Source: Nymphaea colorata
Taxonomy: Eukaryota
Reading direction: 5' to 3'
Length of the DNA stretch: 64,000 bases
Assembly: GCF_008831285.2 (NCBI RefSeq)
Contig: NC_045138.2
Span: forward strand, 21,824,001-21,888,000
Part shown: piece after piece, positions 35,738 through 49,599 of the stretch
How the letters are laid out: each line of letters starts with the position of its first letter
How positions within the stretch are numbered: position 1 is the stretch's first letter
Made by a program: the position numbers and the translations under genes
Notes under the pieces: generated by a model
Databases searched by the model: none
What the model saw: the letters and a program-made list of their open reading frames with translations, nothing else
Told to the model about the DNA's origin: nothing

Positions 35738-37842
35738 CGCTGCCGCTCTCGATGTGGACGCCCCGGGAGGTGGTGGGATGGTGATCTCGGTTATTTGGAG
35801 TCTATGTACCAACTGATTGTTGGCCCTTACCGGCTGCAGCTGGCTATGGCTGATTATGCCGCAGGGATGGTGGCGTTGTAGTGGCCGCTTCTGAAGCTGA
35901 AGAACCAGCCGGATCGAAGTGTCGGGCTCTTCCCCGCCGTTGCTGTCACCATTACATGTGCAGCACTCTCTCTCTCTCCAGCGCGGTCAGAGTCGAAGAC
36001 GCCGGCCATGTTTTTTTCTGTGCGTTCTTCGTATTCGTATAGGCGATAGGATTTCATTCCACCTAGTTTGCAACTTAGCTATTTTCGTATTACATTTTAT
36101 TTGGAAGTTACTCTTCAAAATATTGATAATTTTATAACTTTTATAATAGAAGTTACACTTAAAAATATATTTGTCAAGTAAAAGCCAAAATAACATACTG
36201 AATTATACAAATTTTAACGTTGAGCCGAGCTTGGAGATAATGGTGGCAGGCATGAGTTCATTGATTGATGGAAGATGGTGACATATATATTTGGCCTACT
36301 AGGAAGAGCTAGACCTCATCACCATGGAACCTTCAAGCCGCTCAATATGCGTTGGACTAACTTTGATGGCAAAATAAATTCCCAACAATAGTCGTTTAAG
36401 GCAGTGCAAAACTTTTTAGGTGTCAACAAGTGACACCCGATTGATACATCCTGGCCCCATTCCATTTCTTCATTTTGAATGAGAAACCATGTGACAGTAC
36501 TAATATTGGCCTTAGTAATCTCAGACCCACATGAGTTGGAATGAGTTCTTGGAGGATCTCCTTATTTGGTTTAGCCAAACCTCCTGAGCTTAAAAGCTTG
36601 AGACAAAGAAGCAAGGCCAACACTATCAAGGCAAATCTCAAGACCTTAGGTTGCATTTGATAACCTCTGATCTCAAATATGAAGTCGGATTTGCTGCCTA
36701 AATATGAAGTTTATCAAACTGTAAATTTGGTAACTGCAGATTTTAAATCCGTGAGAATGTTGAAATTCATCAGAGAGGTTTATGTTTTAACTGTGATGGA
36801 AAATTTCTTTGAGGGCCATAAGTATAAACAATATTGCATCTATATGGACACCCTATCGAGGATCATCAATTATTCCAATTATTTCTCAGCCATCATTAAA
36901 TAAAGTGGAAATCATAAAATCAAGATGATGCCATGCGACTACTATCAACAATTGGAAGCCTTTTCAGGAAGCAGGGAGCAGTGATCTACCCACAACTTGG
37001 CTTTTTGGCAAATTGTGGTCAATTTCCTTGCCCTAGTTTTCCAAAACTATCACTAAATTTCTTTAGGAAGAGGACAATTGACAAAATCGACATTCTATAA
37101 TTTCCAATAAAAAAATGTCATTTTTAATAAGTCAATTAATTTTCAACTCACAAAAGCTTAGTCCGCTTGTTTCAAAATATCTCTGAAATGTGCAAGGATG
37201 AAGAGTACTTAGGCCAAAGGGAGAAGAATAATGTGTTGAGCATAGACTTGTATGAATCTACCGCATATTCTGTCATTGTCTATGTCATATACAAATGCAT
37301 TTTCTAGAGCTTCTAATTTATGCTTTCAATCTTATATTTTACAATTTTAGCCTTGTGAATATTCTGCGCATACCATGTACCACGAATATTACTTGAATAT
37401 GTTTTAAATAAGTAATATGAACTCTTGATTTGAATCATTCACCTTGAGATCATGTTCATTATATTTTTTGCTATATCATTATGCAATGAGAAAAAAGTCG
37501 AGATGCCCTCAACAAGGATGCAGGCAACGGTCCAGCCTCCTACCAATAAAATGATTCATACAATCTAAATCCTATTTTCAACATAGATGTGAGTTTAAAA
37601 TATATTTTCAACGTTGAAGTTTTGGAATCGCCTCTAAAACTTGGTTTCAAGACAGTTTTGAAATCCTTCAAAGGGATAAATCTCGGGAGGATCGAACTAA
37701 CATAGACTTGCATTGATAGATGAGACACCAGTCCAATAAAAAAACCCAATAACTCATGTGTGAAAGGGCACACTTGGTAGTTGAAATAATACCTAAATGG
37801 CAAAATTTAATACAATTGAGAATGTGGATGCATGATGATGTA

Positions 37843-38311
37843 TAGGGCTGCACAACAAGCTGAGCCAACTCAGGTTTGACTTGAACTCGCTTGAAAAAAT
37901 TCAGCTCATGCTCGAGTCGTTTATAAACGAGCCGAGTTCGAGCTTGCAAAGATACACGAAATGATAAACGAGTCGAGTTCAAGTTTCAAGAACTTGACTC
38001 GTTTATACTCGATTCGATTCGCAAACCGGTACTCCATATAATACTACCAAAACCGATTCACTTGTTTTAACTTTTAGGGTAAAAACAAATTTTCACAAGT
38101 TACACAAGTTAAATGCTTACATGAGTTAAACGAGTTTATGCATACATGATTTATCGCCTAAATGAGTTAAATGAGTTAAATGAATCGAGTTCGAGCTTGA
38201 TCTTGTTTAGTCAAGTCGAACTTGAACTTTATAAGGAGCTTGGCTCGAGTTCCAGCCGAACTCAAGCTCCAATTTTTTGCGCCGACTCGACTCGGCTCAT
38301 GTGCAGCCCTA
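37843..38311. mobile_element. hAT-type MITE (TIR TAGGGCTGCACA)
   Basis: TAGGGCTGCACA...TGTGCAGCCCTA with ctcgag/gagctc subterminal repeats. Confidence 0.88.
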
Positions 38312-38644
38312 ATGTAATGAGATTAAATAGTGCATTCCATAAGTTATAGTGCAAGGTTCCTTAAAATGAATTGTTAAGGACAAACTCATAAAGGTCACGC
38401 ACGCTACAAACGAGAGGTGACTATAATGTATTTAACGTATTACGTAGAAAGGTTTTGTAGTTGCACATACATTGTGGACTCCAGGACAATGATTTAAGCC
38501 CAACTGTTAAAAAGTAGAATTTAAGTTAAAAAGTGAACTCTATCACACAAATGAGTTGAGCTTGAGTTAAGTGGGCTCAGCTTAAACTCAGTTAACCTCA
38601 AAAAAGAGAATATAGATAATGCGTTTCATACTGTTATTTTCGAA

Positions 38645-39088
38645 CTGGCTCGGAAAAAACTTGGCTCATGCTCGACTCGTTTATAAACAAGTCGAGCTCG
38701 AGACTAAAAAGGGACTCGAGATGATAAACGAGTCGAGTTTGGGTTTTAGGAACTCGACTTGACTCGCAAACCGGTACTCCATATAATACTGCCAAAACCT
38801 GTTCACCGTTTTAACTTTTAGGGTAAAAACAAAATTTCACATGTTACACAAGTTAAACGAGTTACATAAGTTAACACTTACATGAATTAAACGAGTTAAT
38901 GCCTGCAAGAGTTAACTTCAAACAAGCTAACGCCTAAACGAGTTAAATGGGTTAAACGAGTTGAGTTCGAGCTCGATTTTGTGTAGTTGAGTCGAGCTCG
39001 AAATTGCTATAAGAAGCCAACTCAAGTTCGAGCCGAGCTCGAGCTTGAGTTTTTTGAGCTGATTCGCCTTGGCTCGTGTGCAGCCCTA
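38645..39088. mobile_element. 5'-truncated copy of the same MITE (part of a local tandem duplication)
   Basis: Ends TGTGCAGCCCTA with the same 3' flank as at 38312. Confidence 0.85.
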
Positions 39089-39416
39089 ATGTAGTGAGAT
39101 TAAATAGTGCATTCCATAAGTTATAGTGCAAGGTTCCTTAAAAATGAATTATTAACGACAAACACATAAAGGTCACGCAACAAATCAGAGGTGAGATATA
39201 ATGTATTCAATCTATTACGTTGAAAGGTTTTGTAGTTGCACATACATTTGTGGACTGCAGGACAATGATCTAAGAAATATTTTGAGATCAAGGGTTTCCG
39301 CATGCCGACCTTTGAAAAGGAAATGGGGCCATGAGACACCAACTTTTTCTAAGAAGAGAACACATTAAATAATAACCTTAGCAAAGTCCTTAATCATATA
39401 AGCTATACTATTCATG

Positions 39417-39958
39417 TAGGGTTGTTCAAGGAGTCGAGCTAACTTGAGCTCAACTTGTTTATTAAATGAGTTGAATTCAAGTTAAAAAATGAACTCTATC
39501 ACACAAATGAGTCAAACTTGAGTTAAGCAGGCTCAGCTTGATTAAACTCAGTTAAGATAAAAAAAGAGAATATAGACAGTACGTCTCATAATGTTATTAT
39601 AAAAGGTAGATGGTTCAAATGGATGTGAGCTTGATTAGCAAGTGTGAGGTTCATTATACAAATTTCCATACTGCTTCTTCCTTCAATTTTTTTTTTTAAT
39701 CAAATACTCAGCTTGGCTCAAATTTAATTGAGTCGAGGTCGAGTTTTTAGAACTCGAGCCAACCCGAGTTCGAGTTTTTCCTATGACACTTGAGCCTTTT
39801 AGCTCAAGCCAATCCTCGGCTCAAGCTTAATCAAGTCGAGTTCGGGTTTCTAAAATTCAAGCGGACCTGAGCTCAAGGTAATGAACTCGAGCTCTACTTG
39901 AGCTTGAACTGAGTTCGAGTGGCTCAGCTCGGCTCAAACTTGCTTGTTAACAATGTTA
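39417..39958. mobile_element. Related older MITE
   Basis: Starts tagggttgttcaag, has ctcgag/gagctc repeats, degenerate right end cttgttaacaatgtta. Confidence 0.7.
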
Positions 39959-40026
39959 TTAATGATTGCACATACTCAAAAGTTATAAGACAACCAAGAT
40001 GTATCGACACGTGAAAGTGCAAATGG

Positions 40027-40249
40027 TGTAACTCACCTTTCCATGAATTGAGAACTACTTTCCCTAAAGAGGCTTAACACTTAAAAATTTAGTCTCGTAT
40101 TGAAGAACGGAAGGGATCTTCAAGGGTTAATAAAGGAGGTTAGTTGTCCTCGTTCGTAGCCTTTTTGGGGTTGAAGCCAAAACTGTTAAGGGTGAGTTGG
40201 AATCTGTCGAACCAGGGGCCCAAGCCTTTAAGTGGGTCAATTTGTTACA
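40027..40249. mobile_element. Possible small solo LTR
   Basis: TGTAAC...GTTACA termini, 223 bp; flanks aatgg/agagg match only 3/5. Confidence 0.35.
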
Positions 40250-40964
40250 AGAGGTGACACTTTCCCAAGCCAAGCAGGCTGTTGCCTCCAAGATTGAGAA
40301 CAAAACTCATACGACGCACAAACACATCTCACATGCAAGGAAAGGATAGTATGGGCGTGGAAAGAAGACATTGAACAAGCAATAAGACCAAATGATGAAA
40401 TGCAATAGCTAGCTAGTTAATGCAGAATGACATGCAACATGATGAGAAATATTTGCAAAAAGTGGGAAATAGCATGAACGACAAACTACGTACTGCATTC
40501 ACCCAAAATCTGTGATCGATGAAGAAGAAAAGTGCTTAGCAGTATCAGTCTGACGCAGGAATGCAAGCTATGCTACAGCACATGATAAAAGAGCATTTAC
40601 AACATGAAAAATATAAATACTGCATACAAATTACTTGCACTATAATTACTTAGATCACAGAGTAGAAAAAATCATATTGTAGCAAAATCAATAAAAAATG
40701 TCAAACATAGGCTAGCACCTCCTAGTCTATTGTGAATTATGATACTTGGTAGTGAAGATTTATAGAAAAAGCGCAAGATTGGCTTGCGAGCGAGCGGTGT
40801 ATTATATTACCCACAATTACAAGGTTCATCCTAGCCACAGACTTGACTATTCATCCTACATCATTGCTGTTGTTAAAGCCGATCTCTTTTCCATTGCAAC
40901 AACAGTGCTAGGTTCATTCTCTTTTTCACATCGCTCCTCTCTATTTCTCTGTCGACACAATTTC

Positions 40965-40988
40965 CTTCTCTCTCTCTCTCTATATATA

Positions 40989-41048
<60 letters not shown>
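40965..41048. repeat. (CT)n(TA)n microsatellite
   Basis: Direct reading. Confidence 0.95.
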
Positions 41049-41050
<2 letters not shown>

Positions 41051-42186
41051 TCATCAAGCTTCAGCTTGCGAAGATGACCTCCTTCATAGTTGCCACTAGC
41101 ACCATCGTCATCTCCTCCCATCTTAGTAGTACACGGTACTCTTCTTTTTCTTCTTCTTTCTCTTTGTTTGGGGCCTTCTTCTTGTCTCAGCTAAAAGGAA
41201 CGAAGGGTACGTGAGAAAAGCTTCCTTTCCATCAAACAGTCACCAATGTTTCAAAGCATGTCGATTTCATCACTGTGAAGCACACATAAACACTAATCCT
41301 TATTATTTGTACAAATTTTGTTTATGTTATGTTCTAGTTAGGTAGAAAGGAGGACTTCGTGTTTTGATTATTCGGTTGATTAAAAAGTCTACTGGAGTAT
41401 GGGTTTTAATAAACTAAAGCTTGCAAAATTCGGTTTTTTACTGATCGTGGAAGAAACAGGGGCTTGGATTACACCAAAATGAAGTGGAAACTGAACATGG
41501 TGTTGCTTTGGTATGTAAGGCCCTTTTTTGTTGTTCAATTATCCTTTTCCTCTTTTTGTGCACCTATGGGAATACGAAGTCTTCTCTTAAGGCTTGATTA
41601 TGATTAGTGTTGCTTCTATAGGTATTGAATTGAACTTGTCAAATCTTGTAGAGAATGAACTTCTCTAAAACATTTTTCCCCATCAGCTTTCTTCACAAAT
41701 TCTTTTGTTTCAGGTACTGCACAATAGTAATGGACGTTGTTATCAAACTTTTTTTTCTCCCCAATTTGTTATTAGATATTATTATTGCAAGGGATGTTTT
41801 AGTTTGCTGTTATAAATTTTGTTTCAAACTTTTAGGCATATATGGATAGCAGTTAGCTAGCCAATATAACCAAACATTGCAAAATATTCGTAAGAGTTAT
41901 TGATCCAGGGCTAACAACATAGGCTGAATGTAGAAGGAAAAATTTTCCCTCTTTCACTAGCTCTAGAATAATGTTTTTGAAATTATATTTCTGGGAACAT
42001 TGTTCCAAGGCTAACAAACACCCACGAAGTACGAGTGGGCATCATATAGGAAATATGGGTTCAATTTCCATAGGCCACCACCTTTTGCATGAATCAAATT
42101 TTAAGTTGTCTTACAGAATTGGGATGACTTGTAATTTTTTTCTTGCCATTACTGCCATGAGAACTTAGGAGTCGGTTTTCTCTATG

Positions 42187-42388
42187 CCTTTTCAGAAAGC
42201 AGAAAGCTTGTTCTAGCAAGTGTCAAATAATTAATTTCATGGGGAGTCTTGTCCAGACAGTCTGCCTGTCTAGCTATTGAAGTGCTACCTTTTCAGAAAG
42301 CAGAAAGCTTGTTCTAGCAAGTGTCAAATAATTAATTTTATGGGGAGTCTTATCCAGACATTCTGCCAGTCTACCTATTGAAGTGCTA
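42187..42388. repeat. 101-bp tandem duplication
   Basis: ccttttcagaaagc...gaagtgcta at 42187-42287 and 42288-42388. Confidence 0.95.
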
Positions 42389-42389
42389 C

Positions 42390-42778
42390 TAGGGCTGCAC
42401 ACAAGCTGAGTTGCTTAGCTCGAGTTTGAGTACACTCAGTCGAGCTCGGCTCAAACTCAAGTCGAGTAACATAGAACAGGTTCGAGCTCGACTCAACAAT
42501 ACAGCAATATCAAGCTCAAGCTCTACTCGGTTAACTCGTTTTTGTTATGCCTGTCTTGTTCCTTTTAACTTATTTAACTTGTTTAGTTGCTACTCTTTTA
42601 ACTATTCTCTTGTTATATTTAAATATTCAGTATGTAGTTGAGACAAGTCGAAGTCAATTTCTTACAACTTGAACTTGCTTTTTTAACATTTTGAGCATAC
42701 ATTTGAACTCAAACGTCACTCATTTTCGAGTTCGACGAACTCGAGCTCGAGCATGGCTCAACTCTTTGTGCCACCCTA
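42390..42778. mobile_element. hAT-type MITE
   Basis: TAGGGCTGCACA...TGTGCCACCCTA; flanks agtgctac/agtatgac. Confidence 0.8.
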
Positions 42779-43455
42779 AGTATGACAGATTTAAACCCTG
42801 AATGTGGTTCAAATATAGTATAATATGGGACAATGCAAAATTCAAACACATAGATATGATTTCTTTCGTGCTCCAACAACAGGGCTCATTGTTTTTAGTT
42901 ACCAAGTTCTTAAACTTGGCTGGGGTTGTTGGCAGGTGTCGTGAGGTACTACAACAAATTTGCGCTGACACGGTTTTGCATGTTGTGTCAGTGTCTGACG
43001 ATGATATACGACGTGATTCCTTGTTCCGTCATTGATTCAAGAAGAGCGAGCCCACACCATCAATGGAAGATGTGCTCATGTTGGTGATTGAAGACATGGG
43101 AAACAGAACATGGATGGTGGCACTTTGTGTGATTTCATCCTTTGATGATAGCTTCAACGTTGGTAGAGCATAATGATATTCTCTTGCAAGCTCTGATGTT
43201 GAACGTGGCATCAAAGCTTTCGACAATTAATTAGGGCGTGGATAAGCTTTATTCCAAAATCAGGGGGATGTGGGTGCGTATATGCCTAATCCACTCTACG
43301 GCTAGAATTTGGTGTCTTTTTTTTTTGGATATGGAATTGGTAACTGCCATATATACAAGGCAAGCAGCCTCCTGCCTGTTGTTTCAGCTTCTCCCTTTGT
43401 AGGCTAGGTAAATTAACTTGCTTGGACCTCTCTTTTTCTCTTTCTTTTGATCTTG

Positions 43456-43515
<60 letters not shown>

Positions 43516-44086
43516 GATCTCTATCTTTTTAGGTCTCCAATATTGCCAGCGCAAAATCAGCTCTAAGGATCCCTTCGTTGCATTGCTGTTAGAAAGCATC
43601 TTCACTGTGTTGGGCTTCATCAGGTATGTAATCCACAATGTGTTTGATTATACTTGTCTCATGTAGATTGTGTTAGTTTTGATGTATTCATGTCACTTAT
43701 GAGATTTTAATGCTTTCCTTTCAGCGCCAACTTAGTAATATACAGAATATTGTGTGGACCTATTTCTAATGTGAATTTGAAAATATCATTTGTAAAATAG
43801 ATTCACACTTTTTTACCATATATGTGCTAGAGAGGAAATGGGAAAATAGGTGGAAGGGGGGAAGGGGCCTATTTTCATAATCTGGCATATACAAAACTTC
43901 TTTGTAATAAGGAAACTGGGTTGTAAGGTTAGACCTCCGAGAACATTGAGAGGCAGAAAGAACCTGCAACAAATTATATAGAACTATAAATAAGAGGTTG
44001 GCAAATGCAAAAATGTAGCAGCTGTGAAGTGTTTCTTATTAGCCTCTTAAACCAATAGGTTACAACTTTAACCATGATATTATAAT

Positions 44087-44502
44087 TGTTCCCCTGCGTC
44101 TAGAGTCTGTACAGTCATTTGCCTTTGCTGTATTTGCTTTGCTTATGTTGAGTCTTGGTGTAAGCTAGTTTGTTCACATGTGTCGGAGTACCCTCCCAAA
44201 ACGGCCAAGTGTAATATTGGGATTCTTTGTTTTGGATGGTCGGCATCGGGATTTCTGTAAGTGACTTCGGCCATCCTATGTAAGTAAAGTGTAAAAGCTT
44301 ACTTGTTTTCCCTCGTGATGTACTCATCTTCTTCAAGTGAATATATTGCGAGTTTTCTTTCCACACTCTTTGTGCAATTTGTGTTCTTTGTTTTCGGGAA
44401 AGTGTTCAAGTGATCTGCGTCCACTTGAATGAAAGTGAAGGCTTGCGGCTTACTGGCGAGAGTTTGCCGCGCCGCGCGGTCCGGAATTGTCGGCCCATGA
44501 CA
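44087..44502 (+). repeat. 5' LTR of gypsy element
   Basis: TGTTCCC...TGACA; about 24 substitutions and 2 indels versus the 3' LTR by manual count. Confidence 0.97.
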
Positions 44503-47500
44503 ACTGGTATCAGAGCTTAGGCTCTATTCAAACTGGGGAAGCGATCGGAGAGTCGATGTAGAGCGTCGCGCCGACTTGCTGCTATTAAGGAGAACGCCAT
44601 GGCATCACAATACAATCTGCGAGGTGCCAAAGGCAAGGAGCCGGCCCGTCCAGAGGAGGTGAGCCCGACCCATGACTAGGAAAACCTGGAAGAGACGGTA
44701 AATAGGTTGGTCGCAGATGTGGCCACCCATGAGGAAGCCCTCGGCTTTGCTGTCGAGACCTTTGAGGGATTCAAGGAGGAGATGAAGTTGATGCGGGAAC
44801 AGATGGTCGAGTCAATGGCCATGAACCGATCGCTCTCCGACTTGGTGAAGATCCTACAGGATGAAGTTGCTGGACTTCGGGCTTCAAATCAGAGATTGCT
44901 ATACACGAACTCAGCTAGTAGTAGCCAAGAGAGGACCAGTAGGGTCGACGTTCAACGTCCGGTGAAGTACAGTGGTAGCCGGGATGTGAGGGCGATCGAT
45001 AACTTTCTGTTCCAAGTGGACTACTACTTGGACCTGCAGAACGTCATAGAAGAAGATCTGAAGATCAAGACTACAGCAATGCTGTTAGAGGGGGATGCTG
45101 TGGCTTGGTGGATGCGGAAAATGCTAGACATTGAGAATGGTGATTGCACGATTACTACCTTCGACGACTTTCACAAACAGTTGAAGGGGTACTTTATGTC
45201 TGTCGATGCCGAAAGACATGCTTATAGGTTAGTTGCAAACCTTAAGCAGACTGATGCATTGAGGGATTACATCCAGGCATATCAGATGGTCATGTTGGAT
45301 GTGCCTATGATGCCAGAAAAAGACAAACTTCACTGGTTCATCATAGGGCTCCAATCTTGGGCCCAGACCGACGTGGAGAGATCGAACCCAGAGACCTTGG
45401 AACAAGCATATGTGACAGCCGAGCGCTTGGCAGATACCCAACACAAAAGCTACATTGATACCTTCAAGGCTATGAAGAAGTCCGACCACGGCGGTAAGAG
45501 AGATGACCAGCGAGACCACAACAAAAATGAACCGGTGTTCTAGGAGCCAACCGAGAGAAAAACCTTCTTTTGCAAGGACTACTCTGGGCCACCAAGAGAA
45601 ATGACTTGCTGGGTCAGTAGAGGTAAGCACCAAGCGCGCGTCTGTCTGAAGAAGGTGAGACCTATCGGGCAGGCCAATGCCGCAAGGGCCACTGAAGACG
45701 AGACCGAGGAAGGGCAAACATGAATGGGTGCCGCTCAGACGATCAATGCTGTACAAAGCCGCGCAGCGTCTAGCAGTTTGGTGAACAAGGAACTGATGTA
45801 CCTAGATGTCACTCTGAATGGAACGTCTACTGTCGCGATGGTAGACTCCGGGGCTACATATAACTTCGTCTCAAAAAGGAGGCAGAGCGAGTGGGATTGA
45901 AGCCTGTGCCACAACAGGGGACCCTTAAAATGGTGAACTCTGAAGCCAGGCCCATCCTAGGAGAAGCGAAATGTGTAACGGTTCAGATTCAAGGCTGGAC
46001 GGGAGTCACTAACTTCTCCGTAGTACCTCTGGATGACTTCAAGGTGATTTTGGGGATAGAGTTTCTTCGACGTCAGAATGCAATGATGTTGTTAAAAACC
46101 AACACATTGACGTTGATGGGTGCAGATCAGTCCCACACAGTGCACTGCCACTCCATCAGAAACAAGTCCCAGCCGATGTTGTCGACCATGCAACTGAAGA
46201 AGGGCGTGCGTCATGGGGAACAAACATTCCTCGTGGCCATACGTTTAGAAGAAGATAACCCTCAGCCGAGAATCATTCTACCAGGACTAGCCCCAGTCTT
46301 CAAGCAGTTCGAGGGAGTGATGCCCCCGAGCTGCCCAAGCACCTATCCCCGAGGCGTGAAGTTGATCACGAGATGGACTTGGTTCTCGGAGCCAAGCCAC
46401 CAGCTATGGTCCCCTACAGAATGGGACCGACCGAATTGAAGGAGCTGCGAAGGCAGCTTGATGACATGCTTGGGTCAGGGATCATCCGCCCCTCTAAGGC
46501 ACCATTCGGGGCTCCTGTGTTGTTCCAAATGAAACACGATGACTCTAAGCGACTCTGTGTGGATTACCGCGCCTTGAACAAGGTGATGGTGAAGAACAAG
46601 TATCAATTGCCTCTCATTGTGAACTTGTTCGATCAATTGGACAAGGCGAGGATTTTCTCTAAGTTGGACCTTCGTTCTGGCTACTGGCAGGTCCGGATTG
46701 TGGAAGGTGATGAACCAAAGACCACTTGTATCACCCGCTATGGAACATATGAGTTCCTAGTCATGCCATTCGGGTTGACGAATGCCCCTGCAACTTTCTC
46801 GACTCTAATGAACAAGATATTCTACCCCTACCTTGACAAGTTTGTGGTGGTCTACCTTGATGACATTGTGGTCTTTAGTAGCGACCTTAAGGAGCACGTC
46901 AGTCACTTGAAGACGGTGTTCCAAGTACTTAAGGAAAATGATCTTTTCGTGAAGAAGGAGAAGTGTCTCTTTGGACAGTGGGAGATCAGTTTCCTCGACC
47001 ACATTGTAGGGAATGGCCAGCTGCGAATGGATCTAAAAAAAGTGAAGGCTATTCAAGAATGGAAACCACCATCGAATGTGCCTAAATTGCAGTCTTTTCT
47101 TGGGTTAGCTAACTACTATCGGCGGTTCATCACAGGGTACTCATTGATAGCGGCGCCCCTCACTGACCTACTTAAGAAGAATAGATTCTGGATTTGGACT
47201 CAGTCTGCCCAGGATGCCTTTGAAGGCCTGAAGTGTGCCCTTGTACAAGAGTCCGTCCTCAGGTTGCCAGATCACTCCAAGCCCTTCGAAGTATACACAG
47301 ACGCCTCAGATTTTGCCATTGGTGGGGTATTAATGCAGGACGATCATCTGATTGCCTATGAGAGTCGGAAGTTGAAGGACCCTGAGAAGCGGTACACGGT
47401 GCATGAACGGGAGATGACCGCCATTGTGCATTGCTTGCACATATGGAGGCACTACCTACTGGGGGCAGAGTTCATTGTTAAGACGGACAATGTGGCCATG

Positions 47501-49140
47501 AATTACTTCAAGACTCAAAAGAAGTTAACTCTAAAGCAGGCTCGTTGGCAGGAATTCTTGGCAGAGTTCGATTTCGCTTTGAAGTACAAAGTTGGAAAGA
47601 CCAACGTGGTAGCGGATGCATTGAGTAGAAAGGCAGAACTTACAGCCTCTCGGGCGGGGACCTCTAAAGCACAATTGGAGGGTGTGCTCCTCGAGTGGGT
47701 TCGTGAAGGGATGCGGCAAGACTCAGCGGCCCAACACTTGGTTGCCTTGGCTGAGGCGGGGAAGACTCGAAGATTCTGGCTGCGAGATGGGTTGCTACTC
47801 ACCAAGGGCGGACGTGTTTTCGTGTCGAAGTGAGGCAATCTCCGGCGGGAGCTGACTAGGGAGTGCCATGATACGCTTTGAGCTGGCCATCCAGGCCAGA
47901 CTCTAGCCCCAAATGCGCGATGATGTGGAGGCATATGTAAAGACTTGTCTCATCTGCCAGCAGGACAAAGAGACTAATCAGAAGCCTGCTGGCCTGCTTG
48001 AGCCTCTTCCTATTCCGAAACATCCGTGGGAAAGCATCTTCATGGACTTCATTGTGAGTTTACCCCGAGTTGATGGCTACAGCTTTATCTTTGTTGTTGT
48101 GGACAGGTTTTCTAAGTATGCCACGTTCATGCCAACTACAAAGGAGAGTCCAGCGGAAAAGACGACGGAGATGTTTGTGAAGAACATTGTTAAGTATTGG
48201 GGTGTGCCGAAGAGTATTATGAGTGATCACGATGCTCGCTTCACGAACAAGTTTTGGCGTGAAGTGTTTCGGTTACTAGGCTCCGACTTGCTGTTTTCCA
48301 CAAGCTTCCACCCTTAGATTGATGGCCAGACCGAAAGCATCAATGCCTTGTTGGAACAGTACCTGCATCACTTTGTCAGCGCCAACTAGAAGAATTGGGT
48401 AACGCTGCTCAATGTGGCCCAATTCTGTTACAACTTGCAAAAGAGCGAGTCTTCAGGCCACAACCCCTTTGAAGTAACCACAAGACAGTAGCCGTTGATG
48501 CCTCACACTGTTGCTGCCTAGGAGAAATGAAGGCCCAGCTTCGCCTACCAGTTTGTCAGAGACTGGCATGAACAGACGGAAATAGCGAAGGAGTTCTTGC
48601 ACAAGGCCGCCAAGAAAATGAAGAAATGGGCGAACAAGAATCGGAGACATGCCGAGTTTCGAGTGGGAGACCAAGTTCTTGTCAAGCTTTACCCAGACCG
48701 CTCGGGCATCTTCTGTGGGCGACACCGAGCGTTGATCAGAAAGTATGAAGGGTCATTCACTGTGGTCAAAAGAATTGGGAAGCTGGCATATAAGTTAGAT
48801 CTGCCGCCAGACTTCAAGGTGCATTCAGTGTTTCACATCTACAACCTCAAGCCCTTCTATGCCGATACTGAAGACCCGGAGAGAAGCCAGCCCCAGAGAG
48901 AACCGATTTTGCAGCGTGCTCCCTCTACCCGGCGTGCCAGTGACCGTCAGTTGGACCAAATCCTTCGATACAAAGTGAACTATCTTGGTGAACCGAAGTG
49001 ATACTTGGTCAAGTGGGTAGATGATGATCAGCCAACATGGGAGTATGCCTTCCGCTTCAAGTGAAGTCATCCAGAAGAAGTCCAGACCTACCATGAAGCT
49101 GTTGGCACCGAGGCCGGTGCCTGATTTGAAGGGAGGAGCA

Positions 49141-49556
49141 TGTTCCCTGCGTCTAGAGTTTGTACAGTCCTTTGCCTTTGCTGTATTTGCTTTGCTTATG
49201 TTGAGTATTGGTGTAAGCTAGTTTGTTCACCTATGTCGGAGTACCCTCCCAAAACGGCCCAAGTGTAATATTGGAATTCCTTGTTTTGGATGGTCGGCAT
49301 CGGGAATTCTGTAAGTGGCTTCGGCCATCCTATGTAAGTAAAGTATAAAATCTTACTTGTTTTCCCTCGTGATGTACTCATGTTCTTCAAATGAATATAT
49401 TGCGAGTTTTCTTTCCACACTCTTTGTGCAATTTGTGTTCTTTGTTTTCGAGAAAGCGTTCAAGTGATCTGCGCCCACTTGAACGAAGGCGAAGGCTTGC
49501 GGCTTATTGGCGAGAGTTTGCCGCACCGCGCGGTCCGGAGTTGTCAGCCCGTGACA
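49141..49556 (+). repeat. 3' LTR of gypsy element
   Basis: TGTTCCC...TGACA followed by ATAAT. Confidence 0.97.
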
Positions 49557-49599
49557 ATAATCATTCAACCCATTTCCTCACATCAAAACTGGAAGTGGT

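Larger units (their letters stand above)
44087..49556 (+). mobile_element. Full-length, mutationally inactivated Ty3/gypsy chromovirus (Galadriel-like)
   Basis: 416-bp LTRs, perfect 5-bp TSD ATAAT, PBS TGGTATCAGAGC (44505-44516), PPT (49128-49140); gag, protease VDSGAT, RT YLDD, RNase H TDASDFA, integrase, chromodomain-like YLVKW..PTWE; multiple stops and frameshifts. Confidence 0.97.

Noticed and set aside
36330..37000. Possible LINE remnant (GGLAKP motif on -)
   Set aside because: Single weak motif; insufficient to call.
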